NCBI GenBank assembly: GCA_051362555.1
Contig: CM120640.1
Coordinates: forward strand, 47,532,788-47,596,787
Source of the DNA: Lingula anatina
Lineage: Eukaryota > Animalia > Brachiopoda
Direction of reading: 5' to 3'
Length of the DNA stretch: 64,000 bases
Shown: piece after piece, positions 52,420 through 64,000 of the stretch
Numbering within the stretch: position 1 is the first letter of the stretch
How the letters are laid out: every line of letters begins with the position of its first letter
The notes under the pieces: generated by a model
The model's database searches: none
What the model saw: only the letters and a program-made list of their open reading frames with translations
What the model was told of the DNA's origin: nothing
Made by a program: the position numbers and the translations under genes

Positions 52420-54698
52420 TTCGGAGTTTCTTAATGAAATTGGATTAAAAAACAACATAAACCAGTCCTTAATTTCGAAATATGATCGCCATTTTTCTTT
52501 CCACTGTGTTTCTGTCTGTTTATGGTGACAAATACGTATTCTACTGAAAATCGATTAGTAAATACGAGATATCAATAAAATGTGACTAGTTTCTTTTATT
52601 CTGTTACGACAGCATGCAAAACATAGCCAATTATTTACCGTTGCATTCAAAATCTATAACATAGCGGTCCTTTGTTAACGAAAACCAATGATTGCTAATA
52701 GCCCAAATAATGGGTCATGGTAATCTTTCAAGCATCGATCATTTTCTTTGTTATTAAAGAATTTTCTTACCGTACGGTAATGTTTTTTTCTTGTATTTCC
52801 TATGGAAAAATACAGACCTGGTGCCTATACATAAAAGTGGATCATTTCTGACCTTAACATGTGTACCGAATCCTTTCTCCGATGGTTCCAACAGTTTACT
52901 ATAAAATGTCATTTAACTTTGAATTAACAAGTTTGGGTCTGCAGCAACATCATTTTCATTTTAACTGTTGATATATTATCTAAAGGGTGAAAATATTTTG
53001 GAAATGAAACAAAATTTATACGTATTTAAGTGAGCTTTGTGCAAGAAAAATATAAAGATCGTGTAGGCTGATTATTAACAAACATAAAATTATGTTAGAA
53101 TTGAAGGGAGGGCAACGACCATCATATACGTACATGTAGACTCAGGTGCCACGCATATGCCCCAAATGCTTAGTGGGCTCGTGTAGTCTGTAATGTTAGT
53201 AAATGACAGCCACGGGTGAATAAGGAGCGTGAAATGTTTTGTGGATTAACTGAAATAATTTACATGCCTCATAATACTTAAGCAGAGGAATGTACTGTAA
53301 ACGAGAAGAAAGCTGCTTGAAATTGCATGAGGTAGAGATAAAAATGGAAAGAAGGCGGCGCGGGAATCAACTGGAAAGTATTCAGTAAATAAAATGAAAG
53401 AAGATAACGATGCAACTACCTCTGGTAACAACGTTAGATAAAGACAACAACTTTGTCACAAGCCAATGCATCAGTGTGGCTGGGCCGTCATCTGTACCGT
53501 AAAACTACATTTATGATGCAACAAGTATTTCACATTTTTATGGAAATCTTTATTCATTCTCATAAATAATAATAATAATAGTAATAATAATGACAACAGA
53601 TAATATTTTTAATTCCGGGTTATGTAATGCGACACGTAAAATTCCTATCACAAAATAGACATCCTTGGCACTCTTCGGGATTTATTTCTCCGGCTACGTT
53701 ATAATTATATATATTTATGCAAAATAGCATTGCCTGATGCATGTCATGACATTCAAGAAACTGTAAAATGAATGACTTATGAACAAATGATCACGCTTTT
53801 TACCGATACAGCATTTAAATTTTACATACAATTATATATTAAAAATCCTATTAAAATACATCCTATATACGATATAAATCAATTAAATGGCAATGTCTGG
53901 TGCTTTTTATGTGTTATTTTATGTTATAACTCCTGCAGGTTAACACCTTATGGACGGTTTCTATATAATAAAATTACAACTTACGAAGGGTATCAACTGT
54001 TCGTTTTGAGATTTTTCCTGGGGTAAACTACGATTTTCACCCCTTTCCAATGAATCCTTTCCTACATTCAAGGTTAGTCCTGGTTAAAATTTTTTTTTGT
54101 AATAGGCCTAATATCTTAACAGATAATTAAGGGGGCATTACACTCAATAAAGGTCAGTGGTCTGATGGCAAGCACAGATTCCAGAATAATTGCGATAACC
54201 GCTGTTTTGGTGGTAAAATGAAGTTTACTATATAGGCCTAATATCTCTGACTTCATTTGTTTACAATCTTATTATTTTGAAATATGAATCTCACACGAAC
54301 AGTTCTTATCCCTTTAATATACATGTGTGTATTACAATTTTTGCAAAATAACGTCTTATAAAGAGACATCTATGTTATCACTGAAAGGCTGTTTTAGGGA
54401 GCAGATGTATTTACATCAAACTTAAGCAATTCCTGAATTGTATCTTGTGACTCGAAATCCACACTGAAAAGCAAACTGCATCAGAGAAAAATAAAAATAC
54501 TCCTAAATAAGTACAGCTTTCACTTCTAATGAAATTCATTTAGCCAGTTTACTTTCCTTTCAATGCTTTAACAAACCGTGTTCTGTTGAGCATTCACTTT
54601 TTAAACATCTAAATGAAATACTGTTTATATGAGAAAAACTACGCCCTTATATAGGCCTAATACTGTCTTTTGGACAAGCACCCACACTTATTTAATAC

Positions 54699-57600
54699 TT
54701 ATAAGATATCATTTTCTACAACATCATTACTCAATGAATTTATCGGAGGTTTTTCTGAAATGTTGGCCTTCCCAGTCTTCCCACTACATTTGTTAGTAAC
54801 CCAACGCCAAAGAGGTTTTAGGGATCCGAAATCCTCTTGGGGTCCAATCAAGGCTAGAACCGTACTAAAGAACCCCAGTGCGTAAACGATGGAAAACCCT
54901 ATCGTAGAAAATATGAATATGGCAAACTGTTGAAAAAATGTAATAAAGGCAAATAGCAGAAAGATCGAGGCCCCCAAGGTTGTGATGGCGCCGGATAAAA
55001 CGGATATCCCGACCTCCTCCAACATGTCCTTGACACGTCCCAGACGATCACGCTTCATTGAACGGCTATATCCCTCCGCCAAATGCACAACATAGTCCAC
55101 TGCAAGGCCAACGACTAACACGAAGTTGAGAGATTCTAAAACCTAAAAATCGTAAAAATGTGTTTAATCAGGATAACTGTTTTCATCTGAAAGTACTATA
55201 GGACTTGTTTACATTATTAAAATTTTTATTAATTACATTTTAAATAACCATTAAAATGGCCTGTTAATACTTGAGAAAATGTATGTAGGTCTACTTTAAG
55301 AAAGAAAAGGCCTACACATGTATCAAAAAAATTTTAAGCACCAAGGAATTTGAAGAAACCTGATATTTGGTATAGAAAAACAACAGTTGTTACCCCTAGT
55401 TTCCATCCAACAACAGGCACTGTGCCCACTACTGAGGCTGTGATAAAACAGATGGTGAGAACAGCTAAGGTTCCGGTGATGATATTCATGGTTGCGACGA
55501 TCAGAATGGGATATGCTATTGCAACACCAATAACAATACCCAAAAGTGCCTGGTTGTTCAGTAACTGAAATAAAAGAGTGAAGTTTAAAAGGGAGCAGTA
55601 GACCACATTCTTGATTCTATACTAAATGCTTAAACACTTTTGGAACGCATAAATATTTTTTTAGATTTAATGTAGATGCCCCAGACCTGTAGCCGGTAAA
55701 TTAAAAGGGGGTTTCTTCTGAAAAAGGTGGATCTTTTTATTCCTTTATATGTAATGCCTTAGTACCTAGATCGTAGTAATTAGATTTTGATTCAGACCTT
55801 TCCCGGTATAAAGGTTGGTTCAAACCCTTGAACCCAAACCCATATTTAAGGCTATTTTAGTGCCTTACCTCTTGGACCGCCAGCCAGTGCCAGGTTCTAG
55901 TGTTTTGAAAACCACCTTGCACTGAGGAAGGCATTGTTTTCACCTAAAATGGGTGTGTCAAATACTCATCTGTCTATATAACTTCATCATAGCAATTCAG
56001 AAGCCACATATTACCCTAAGTATTAATGACTTTATTAGCAATATATTCATTTAAAATTTAAAACCTGGAAGCTAGAGCTTTCTCGTGCCTCGCGGTTAAA
56101 AAAACGCAACTTGAAACATAATATCTTTTTGCTGTATTAATATTAAATACTAAGTTGCAAAACTGTATTGGTTAACACTTGAAAAAATGACGAAACATGA
56201 GACTGCTTTAAATTAACTCTTAGTCCTTTTAGGTATGGTCAAATTGTTTACCTGGTTGGATATCACTTCTTCCCACTTATTCCTAACCGGGAGACCTTCG
56301 ATGTAACCCAGACTACTTCCGGACAATGATAAATTGGCGTAGATTGCTGCGGCGTACCTCAACCGGTTGCCGTATTTAATATCTGGAGGATTGTTTTATA
56401 GTATGAAGATTTAGAAACAAAGCAAATAAGGCATCAGTGATCAACGAATGTTTTAAGAAGAGGTTTTATGATTCATATAAGAAAAATCAATAATGTATTG
56501 GCCTAACCGTTCTCGTAATACACGTAATACAGTCTTAGAAAATGCACAGTATGATAGTGTATGGTAATCAGGAACTAAACCAAAAGAAGTGATAAAATGA
56601 CGAGTTACCTCTGCCACCTATAGACTTCGTCTGTGTGAGGTTGGTTGTAGATTCGCCCAGTCTACCATTCCATATTTTGTAAACACTCGCTGTTGCCGCA
56701 GAAGGCTGGAGCACACTGCTATATATCCAGTAATGCAGCGCAATCTGAGAGAAGGAGAAATTAAATTTAATGATATCCGTTTCTCTAACTGATAGCTCTA
56801 ATTTTTGAATGTTGATACTAACTCAAACTGGTCTCTTGTTTTCTCTAGTTTTCCAATGCAAACACAGCTCATAAAATACACTTATAGTTCTGAGTAAGAA
56901 ATTTAATTGTAACCACGTTGCGCGATATATAATACGAAATCACATGTAATTTTCATCGAATTTTTAATTACGTGGCATTATAAAGACGTCAAAAACAAAT
57001 GCAAGTATATGATTTCATTAATGTGCACTTTATAAATTACGGCTATCTGTTTGTGATTTCGATCGAGTTAAATGAACAAAATAACTGAAAGAAAAAATAG
57101 ATAAATGAAGTTATGATTTCATTTAAAAAAGTCATCATCCCTGACATACCTCAAAATATCTACTGAATCCAGATCCCAACGCCGTGGTATTATACATGTG
57201 TGGGTTATACTGCATAAGAACGCCAATATTCGTTTGATTGTACGGGAGATCGAATGTAGTGCCAGCAGGATACTTTGGCAGGCTTGTCAAAGGATTAGTT
57301 GCATTCTCTTCAGCCTAGAAATGGGTTGAAATTGTTTTTATTTACGTATAGATGGTGTGACAGGTACATGTAGGCTACTTGTATATAAAAAATACAAAAT
57401 GCAATTCATTTTGTAGCTTTTTGAACTTTCCCGCAAATATGACATTTAACAGACGACTGCAGTGTTAATTTGGCCTACCTACTAGACTTAAAATCCCTAA
57501 CATTAAAGCAGTATGCAAAAACGTTATCCACTCAAAAGTTATCAGAACAGCCAAATATAACTTGCGACATGTTACAAGGTACAGCTAAGCTATGGGTTTT

Positions 57601-60600
57601 GAAATTTTTCACAACAAAGATAAATTCATTCTAAAAAACAAAGAGACTACAAGAGAGAATGATAGAAAGAGAGAGGGACCTATAATCCATGAGTCACCTT
57701 TACATATATATAGGCTATTAAACTTGCAGACAACTCGTCCGTTTGCTTCACTTACATATTTGTACAACGCCTTATGCCCAACTACTTTTATAATTTTTTA
57801 AACTGGTGCCATGTAGTGTAACGTGTGCATTTTCTTTGTGTCGTTGAATTGTAATATAGTTTACCTTGAGAAAAGCCACCAATTCTTCCAGAAAACAACC
57901 AAGTTCTAGTTGTCCATTAGAATCTGTGCGAATCTTTAGTGCGACGCTGTTGTTTCTTACTTCTCCACAAAGTGCCTGAAATAATGATTGGAATTAGAAT
58001 AATAACGCAAATATTGATATAAATATATACTACAAATTTTTCTACAGCGATAATTATTCTAGGGTCGTTTCTTTTAAGGGTACTTGTAACCCTTACTGTG
58101 CCACAGTATTAAACTTAAAAGATCGTAAGTTTGCCTATTTATAGACTAAGTATTTTCATCAAGTGGAATACCGGTGTGGAGACTCACTTGAAGTGCAAGT
58201 TGTGCTTGTGCAGAGTTCAAGTCAAAGGCATCATCCCAGACAGTCTTTCCATCGCATTCAGAATCCGAGAAATGGCACGATTTAAGATCCTGAGGTTGCA
58301 GACCCCAGATAACGTTGACGACCATCTTGTCGTCGACGTCACTAGGAGCAAAGGCATTCGATGAACGGTCTATCACCTTGCCAAAGTTGGACGAATCTGG
58401 CAGGAACTTGATCTGAAATTAAACATTGAATTTGATAAACATTGGGCTTAAACACTTTTATATCTAGAATTTTCTACGAACGAAGATTAGAATAATTTCA
58501 CATACGTGTATTTTGCCAGATTTTTATCGTTTCTGTGTGGCAAAGAATTTACCCTAAGGCTAATTAGTAATAAAGCTAAATAAAAATGCGAATGAGAGGG
58601 ATAATTTTTTATTTGGAGACGTCTATCGCTCCGCTTACATTTTTTTTACCAAAATATCGTTACAGTTTTATTTCCGAAAATAAAATTTATAAGATTTACA
58701 TAAACGGAAACATAATTGATAAAGATTTACCTCCTCTTCGTTTACTTTGATCTGCGTTGCAAAGTAACCAAACGTAGCAATGATACCCAACATCACCAGG
58801 AGAATGATCCATCGCCAGACTTTATGGCTTATAAACCTAAAGTATGGACCCCTGAAAAATCTCACTACTGGATTCTGACGTTTGTCGCTAGCTTGCGGTA
58901 ATTCCTGTGGGCCATCCCCCAAAGCGGCGACCTGATTTGGGCGTGCAACAGTTGGTGTTTTCGTTCCGCAGCAGCAGCATATCTTTTTCTCCCAATACAC
59001 GTGATAAACCATCACAACGGCCGGGAGAAAAGTGATGACCGACAGGTAGTTCACTAAGACTAATATCCCGCTGAACACGCCGAAGGATGAAACCCCGAGC
59101 AGTGGTGACGTTCCGCTAATTATAAAGGCACAGGCGGTCGTGAGCGACGTAAAAAACATGGCGGCCGACGCTCTTCGGTAGCAGTCCGAGAGGCGATGGG
59201 CGAGGCTCAAATACTGGTGGTGTCCCGACGCTTTCCAAGTGTCAAAGAAAATGAAAACATCGTCTGCTCCGATGCCAAGGATAATGAATATTGCCAGAAC
59301 GTGGAACACTCCGAAATATCTAAAGTCGACTATAATACGGTACACCATATTCGCACAAGTAAAACCGGTAATAATGCTTAAAATCGCCCAACCAGTGATC
59401 CAAAGAGAGCCAGTTTGAACCCAGACCACAATGAAAATGAACGCCATGCTTCCGATCGCAAGTAACATATCCACAATAACTTGGCGATTCAAGAAAACTT
59501 CAAAGAACGAAGAGCTGTAGTAAAAGAAGTCCATTCCGTCGATCCCATTGGCGTAAAGTCTCTCTACGTCCCGAAAAAATTCATCACTGAGAAATTTCTG
59601 AATTACTCTATTTTGTTCTGCTGCTTTGTCACTGGAGTTGGCATACCCTGGCAAGGGGAGACCAATGTATATAAACGAGCGAGTGATTTCTGACGTGGCA
59701 ATGTTTAAAGAACTGTTTATATTGTAGTTCTTTCCTAGCAAAAGTGGGAATACTGACTTCGTTGCGGTATGGGTGAGAGCCTTCTCCAAAACTGCCGGAA
59801 TATTATTAAAGTTTGGATCCAGAAATACCGGATCAAGAGCTTCATATGTCCCATCAAAATATCGTAGAACTGAAAATGAAGCTGTACAGTTCCCCGTGTC
59901 ATCAAGTTTACAGTGAGTGCTTTGATAAATGGAATTATTCAGAAAGAGCTCTTCGGTTTCCTTGATTTTAAGCAGTTTGGCCTTTGTAAATACGTTCCCT
60001 CCTATCTGTTCATAATATAACGTTATAGTATCTCCCGTCTCCGTGCGTTCACTGACATTAGTGGAAGCAGCACCACCACTCCTTGAGATTATAGGCACCA
60101 CAGCGTCATCGTCACGGCCGCTCCAGGCATACCTTCTTAGTAAATCTACGTTGTCGCGTATCTCGAGAGGCAGGCTTGTGAATGATATGGGGAATATGTC
60201 AAATCCAAATTGTAACAATGCCCCAGTCGCCAAGAGGAACGAAATGTGCATGAACAAGCAGACAACTGAAAAAGAAAAGCACAAAAAAATCATTTTTGCT
60301 AGTATTTACTATAAGCATTTTTTACCACTGGCCGGTGTAAAGACATAGACATTTTTTCAAAGATTGTTGAAACTTTTATATAAGCAAGTTGTGTAATTGG
60401 GCCCAGGGAATGATTTGGGGGGGAGGGGGGGGGGGGGGAGGGGGGGTTAAAAAGCGTCGAAAAAGATGACAGCTCCTCACAAAGTGAGTGTTTTCGACCC
60501 TTTAATTTCCTGTTATAGTTTTATTTTTTTAGTATTTTGAATACAAAATAGACACGGGTGCCAAAGTCCAAAAGTTATTGTGCTATGAGAACTGCTTTCA

Positions 60601-61932
60601 ATCATAGACTAAATTATAATTTTCCATGTTTCAATGAAGACTGAGGGTTTATATTAGGCGTGAGTGCATCTTAATATCTTTGTTCCTGTTGGGCAGTATT
60701 CCCCTAGCCTTTCAGTGCAATACGTCTTCTCAATCTCTATATATTGCATCGTATTTGCTGTCCCAAGAAGACAAGCCCAAGACACGATAGTACGCCTATT
60801 CATGCTCTGAAACTGAAAATATCTGAACCAATCAGAACACGAACATTCCAATGGAAGGATAATTGGCAGTTGCCATAAGTAAAACAACGACCCAAAGAAG
60901 GCTACATGCTACACAAAACTTCAGCAGACCTGCCGGATGGAAGCCCTTATAATTTACTAGTGGTCCTCTCTAGTGAGTCGAACTCTACCCTTTCCAACAC
61001 CAGTGGAAAAGTGGGGGCATGGAAGACTTGGAAACTAAATGTGTCCCTGAAAACATGCAGTTCACGCACCAGACAATATGGTTCCATAATGGTTGGGACT
61101 TGAATTGGATATTTTGTAATTGGTGATCTTGTGCTTGTAAAAGGAAAACAAAAAGCCTGGCCATCTTATCATGACGTGATTATCCCACAAAATTCTAATG
61201 ACGACAAGCAAACGATCCCTGTGTGAAGATAAATGACTTTTCTGTACTTCTGTGATAAGGCCTATCCGAGGATGATTTTCTCAATGAAAAGAAAAATACA
61301 AAAAGGCAGCTAATTTAACTGTTACATATTGATAGGTTACGTGTTGCAATACTTATGGCACCCCCTGCAGTTGCTAGACGTAGCGATATGTAACCAAACT
61401 GTTTTATTATTCAGCAATCGATCGGTTCTACAGAAGCATTAATCGCTTCGTCGGCTTTCAACAGTACATAGTGTATTGTGTTATGCGCGTAAGCCTCAGA
61501 GAGGGTAAAAACTAGGACGAGATACAGATTTATACGAAAGTCTCTCTCCCCTCCCTTTTCTCTCTCTACCTCTCTCTCACACACGCGCGCGCGCGTGCGA
61601 ACACAAACCTACACAGGCGTAAACGCCAACATATTACTATCAAAATCATTACAATATTTAAGCAATTAAAACTCACAGAACACCGTTTTAGGATAACTTG
61701 TGATGATTTTACAAAACCACAGAGGGTCTGCGTCTCTTTTCCGTTGTTCCTCTGCCCTGACTTCAGCAGCTGCACTATCCACGACTTCATTCTCAGTTTC
61801 ATAATTGACACCACTCTTTCCAAACGACTTATTGTTTGAATTCTCGTCAACTTGGTTGTTAAACTCGATGTCTTCCTCTGACAGGCTTAGAACTTCTGCG
61901 TCAGCCATATTAACAGGCGGTACTCGGACCAT
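54699..61932 (-). CDS. Dispatched/Patched-family (RND-type, sterol-sensing domain) 12-TM protein, isoform with proximal first exon, ~1082 aa
   Basis: Exons 61932-61677, 60265-58731, 58412-58188, 57975-57865, 57314-57150, 56744-56609, 56382-56252, 55943-55869, 55564-55394 and 55142-54699 are all in frame with GT-AG ends. TM4 GIGADDVF, MFFTSLTTACAF, TM10 GLAVDYVVH and SVLSGAITT are Dispatched-like. Confidence 0.9.
55682..55835. repeat. Degenerate interspersed repeat (related fragments near 2955-3075 and, inverted, 29686-29850)
   Basis: Shared blocks tgtagcc(a/g)g, ctgaaaaa(g)gtggat...ttat.cc and ctagatc. Sits in an intron of the Dispatched-like gene. Confidence 0.35.
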
Positions 61933-63140
61933 ATAACATACAATAAAAATAAGGTAATGTCTTCAAGGATAACTCCATATATACACTAGTTTTCGAGTCC
62001 CAGGCATGTTAAGCTATCTCCTTTGTAAAATTATAACAAAAGTCTCAGTTCCGCAACCTCTATCGTGATTTTAACTAAGTACCCAACAGTCCCGACTCCC
62101 ATGCATGTACACACTTTGTTGTTTTGCAGCGCACGTCTCTCATACAAGTCTTTCAAACAGCATTCTTTTGGAAACGCTGCCTTTATATTCTACATGAATG
62201 GGTAAGTAAACGAAATGGACCAGCATAATTCAATTGTTAAAAGCTTGGTGGTTCGAGACGTTAACATAACAACTGTTTTTTCAGTTTCACTATCATATCG
62301 ACAATTTATTCTTATAAGAGATAATCAGGTTCCCAAAGCACTTGAAAAAGTTGAAATGCCTTGAAAATTATGTCTTTAATTAAGATAAAATTGAGGAAAA
62401 AGTCGGTTGAAACTAGCTAGAGGTAAACAAATATAGATGCCATTTAAGCATACTTGCGATTGGCACAAAATTGGGTTAATTAAAAAAATAATGATGATGG
62501 TAATGATAAGAACTCTCTAAAATGAATAAAAATAAAGAAAAATGATGATTACAAATATGAGTATAATAAATAAAATAAAGCAAAAGGAAATTACAACGAT
62601 TTATTTAAAGCAGGGACACTAGAAAATAAATATGACAAGTATGAAAAAATAAGTATGTGTTACAACTTATATAGCACCGATGAACATGCTTTATTGCTCG
62701 GAAAATAACGGGTTTTAATACCCCTAATAGCGTTAAAAAATCTACCACCCATGAAGCTGATGTTCCATTGCCGTTTCTCGAAAGTGAATAATTATACATA
62801 CTGCATGTCATATCAAATTGCTTATTACTTCTATTTCAATACACCTGAGTAATAGATACTTCATGCCCAAAAGGAGAATTCCTAAATCCTCATTACATTT
62901 TATTGCAAGAGCAATATAACCTACATGTGCAAATGCATCGATCAGACCATTGAATATAGAACAATATAGAACTGTAAAACCTTACATGTACGGAGGTATT
63001 AAATCGGAAACTCCATATAAACCAAATATAACTGATGAGCTAGGTTACCCCTATCTTTATGAAAAACAAGTTATTTAAGTTAGAGATAATTTTCGGAAAA
63101 AAAAAATTTAATTGTGCATTGAAACATGAGCTCTACTTAC

Positions 63141-63348
63141 AGAACACAACAAGAGGGCGTTTTACTATGAGTACGCAAAACCTTAGTGGGTCTTTGTCAC
63201 GCTTTCTCTGTTCCTCACTTTGAACGTCGTCTGCTTCAACGCCAGATACCTCTGCCCCAGATCCAACGTTGCCGAGTTGCATGTCACTCTGTCCGGCCTT
63301 CTCTGGCAAATTACCGCTTTGTGAGACAGTATCAGTTCTGTCTTCCAT
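63141..63348 (-). CDS. Alternative (distal) first coding exon of the Dispatched-like gene (~1066 aa isoform)
   Basis: Ends EEQRKRDKDPLRFCVLIVKRPLVVF, homologous to EEQRKRDADPLWFCKIITSYPKTVF of exon 61932-61677. Same phase-1 donor (t|gtaagt), compatible with the acceptor at 60265. Confidence 0.75.
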
Positions 63349-64000
63349 ATTTTCTTCTTTTCGTTGACCGTCTTGAATATTTGTAATTTTAGTTTCCTAG
63401 GACGCTTTCTTTTTTCTTTTTTTTTTCAGTGAGAACGTCTGAAATATTGAATAATCTGAAATATACGAAAGCGTGATTGTTCAAGAGAAAAAATTGTCAG
63501 ATGTGTGTGGTGGTTCTGCGTCCTCCTTTCTTATTAAACCCCTTATTTCCGGTGTCATTAAAATGCCTCATTATACTGACAATGACTGTCAGTTATATAT
63601 GCTTGTTAATGGTGTATACCGAGACCCAAGAAAATAATGATGAAAATTACAAATCAACCCACGCCTATACTTAATACAGGCCTACATTACAGCAAGGAAT
63701 TCCTTAATTACGGTCAGTGCGAGTAGCCTTCGTGAACGTTAAATCACCTCAAACCCTTTTTCATTTCTGACAGTGCACGATTCTAAGAAGGCAACCACGG
63801 ATATTGTGTGAGAGAAACAGTGCTCATCTTGTAATGGACTAAAAAATTACCTGTATTTCCGTGTTCTAACACGTCGGTTTATCCCTCCACACACTGGTTT
63901 AATGAAGTTATTTTAAAAATATGTGAGCATAATCAATATCGGCCTCACTGTCGTTGGGTTGCTTAGGCAGACTGCAGGAAGCAATGAATTATTGATCATG

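Overview
AT-rich, intron-containing animal genomic DNA, probably a marine invertebrate (lophotrochozoan-like; inferred from gene content). Hand-splicing on GT-AG boundaries gives five host genes: an EF-hand sarcoplasmic calcium-binding protein (7641-8180 +), two tandem Popeye-domain (POPDC/BVES) cAMP-effector genes (12472-17554 + and 46492-50066 +), a 2-exon proline-rich unknown protein (51276-52419 -) and a Dispatched/Patched-family sterol-sensing-domain transporter with two duplicated alternative first exons (54699-63348 -). The most striking object is a very young Penelope-like retroelement insertion (32130-37181). A full-length RT+GIY-YIG copy is fused head-to-head to an inverted 5'-truncated copy, forming a ~2.07 kb palindrome. 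The unit is flanked by a 14-bp target-site duplication, has a minimal hammerhead ribozyme near each outer end, has a 5' end that falls at the ribozyme cleavage site, and has an internal junction made of a reiterated 12-bp template segment. Several MITEs, a decayed DNA-transposon remnant and a long CpG-depleted domain (~12.4-49.4 kb) spanning both POPDC genes are also present. All calls are by eye; no database searches were run.
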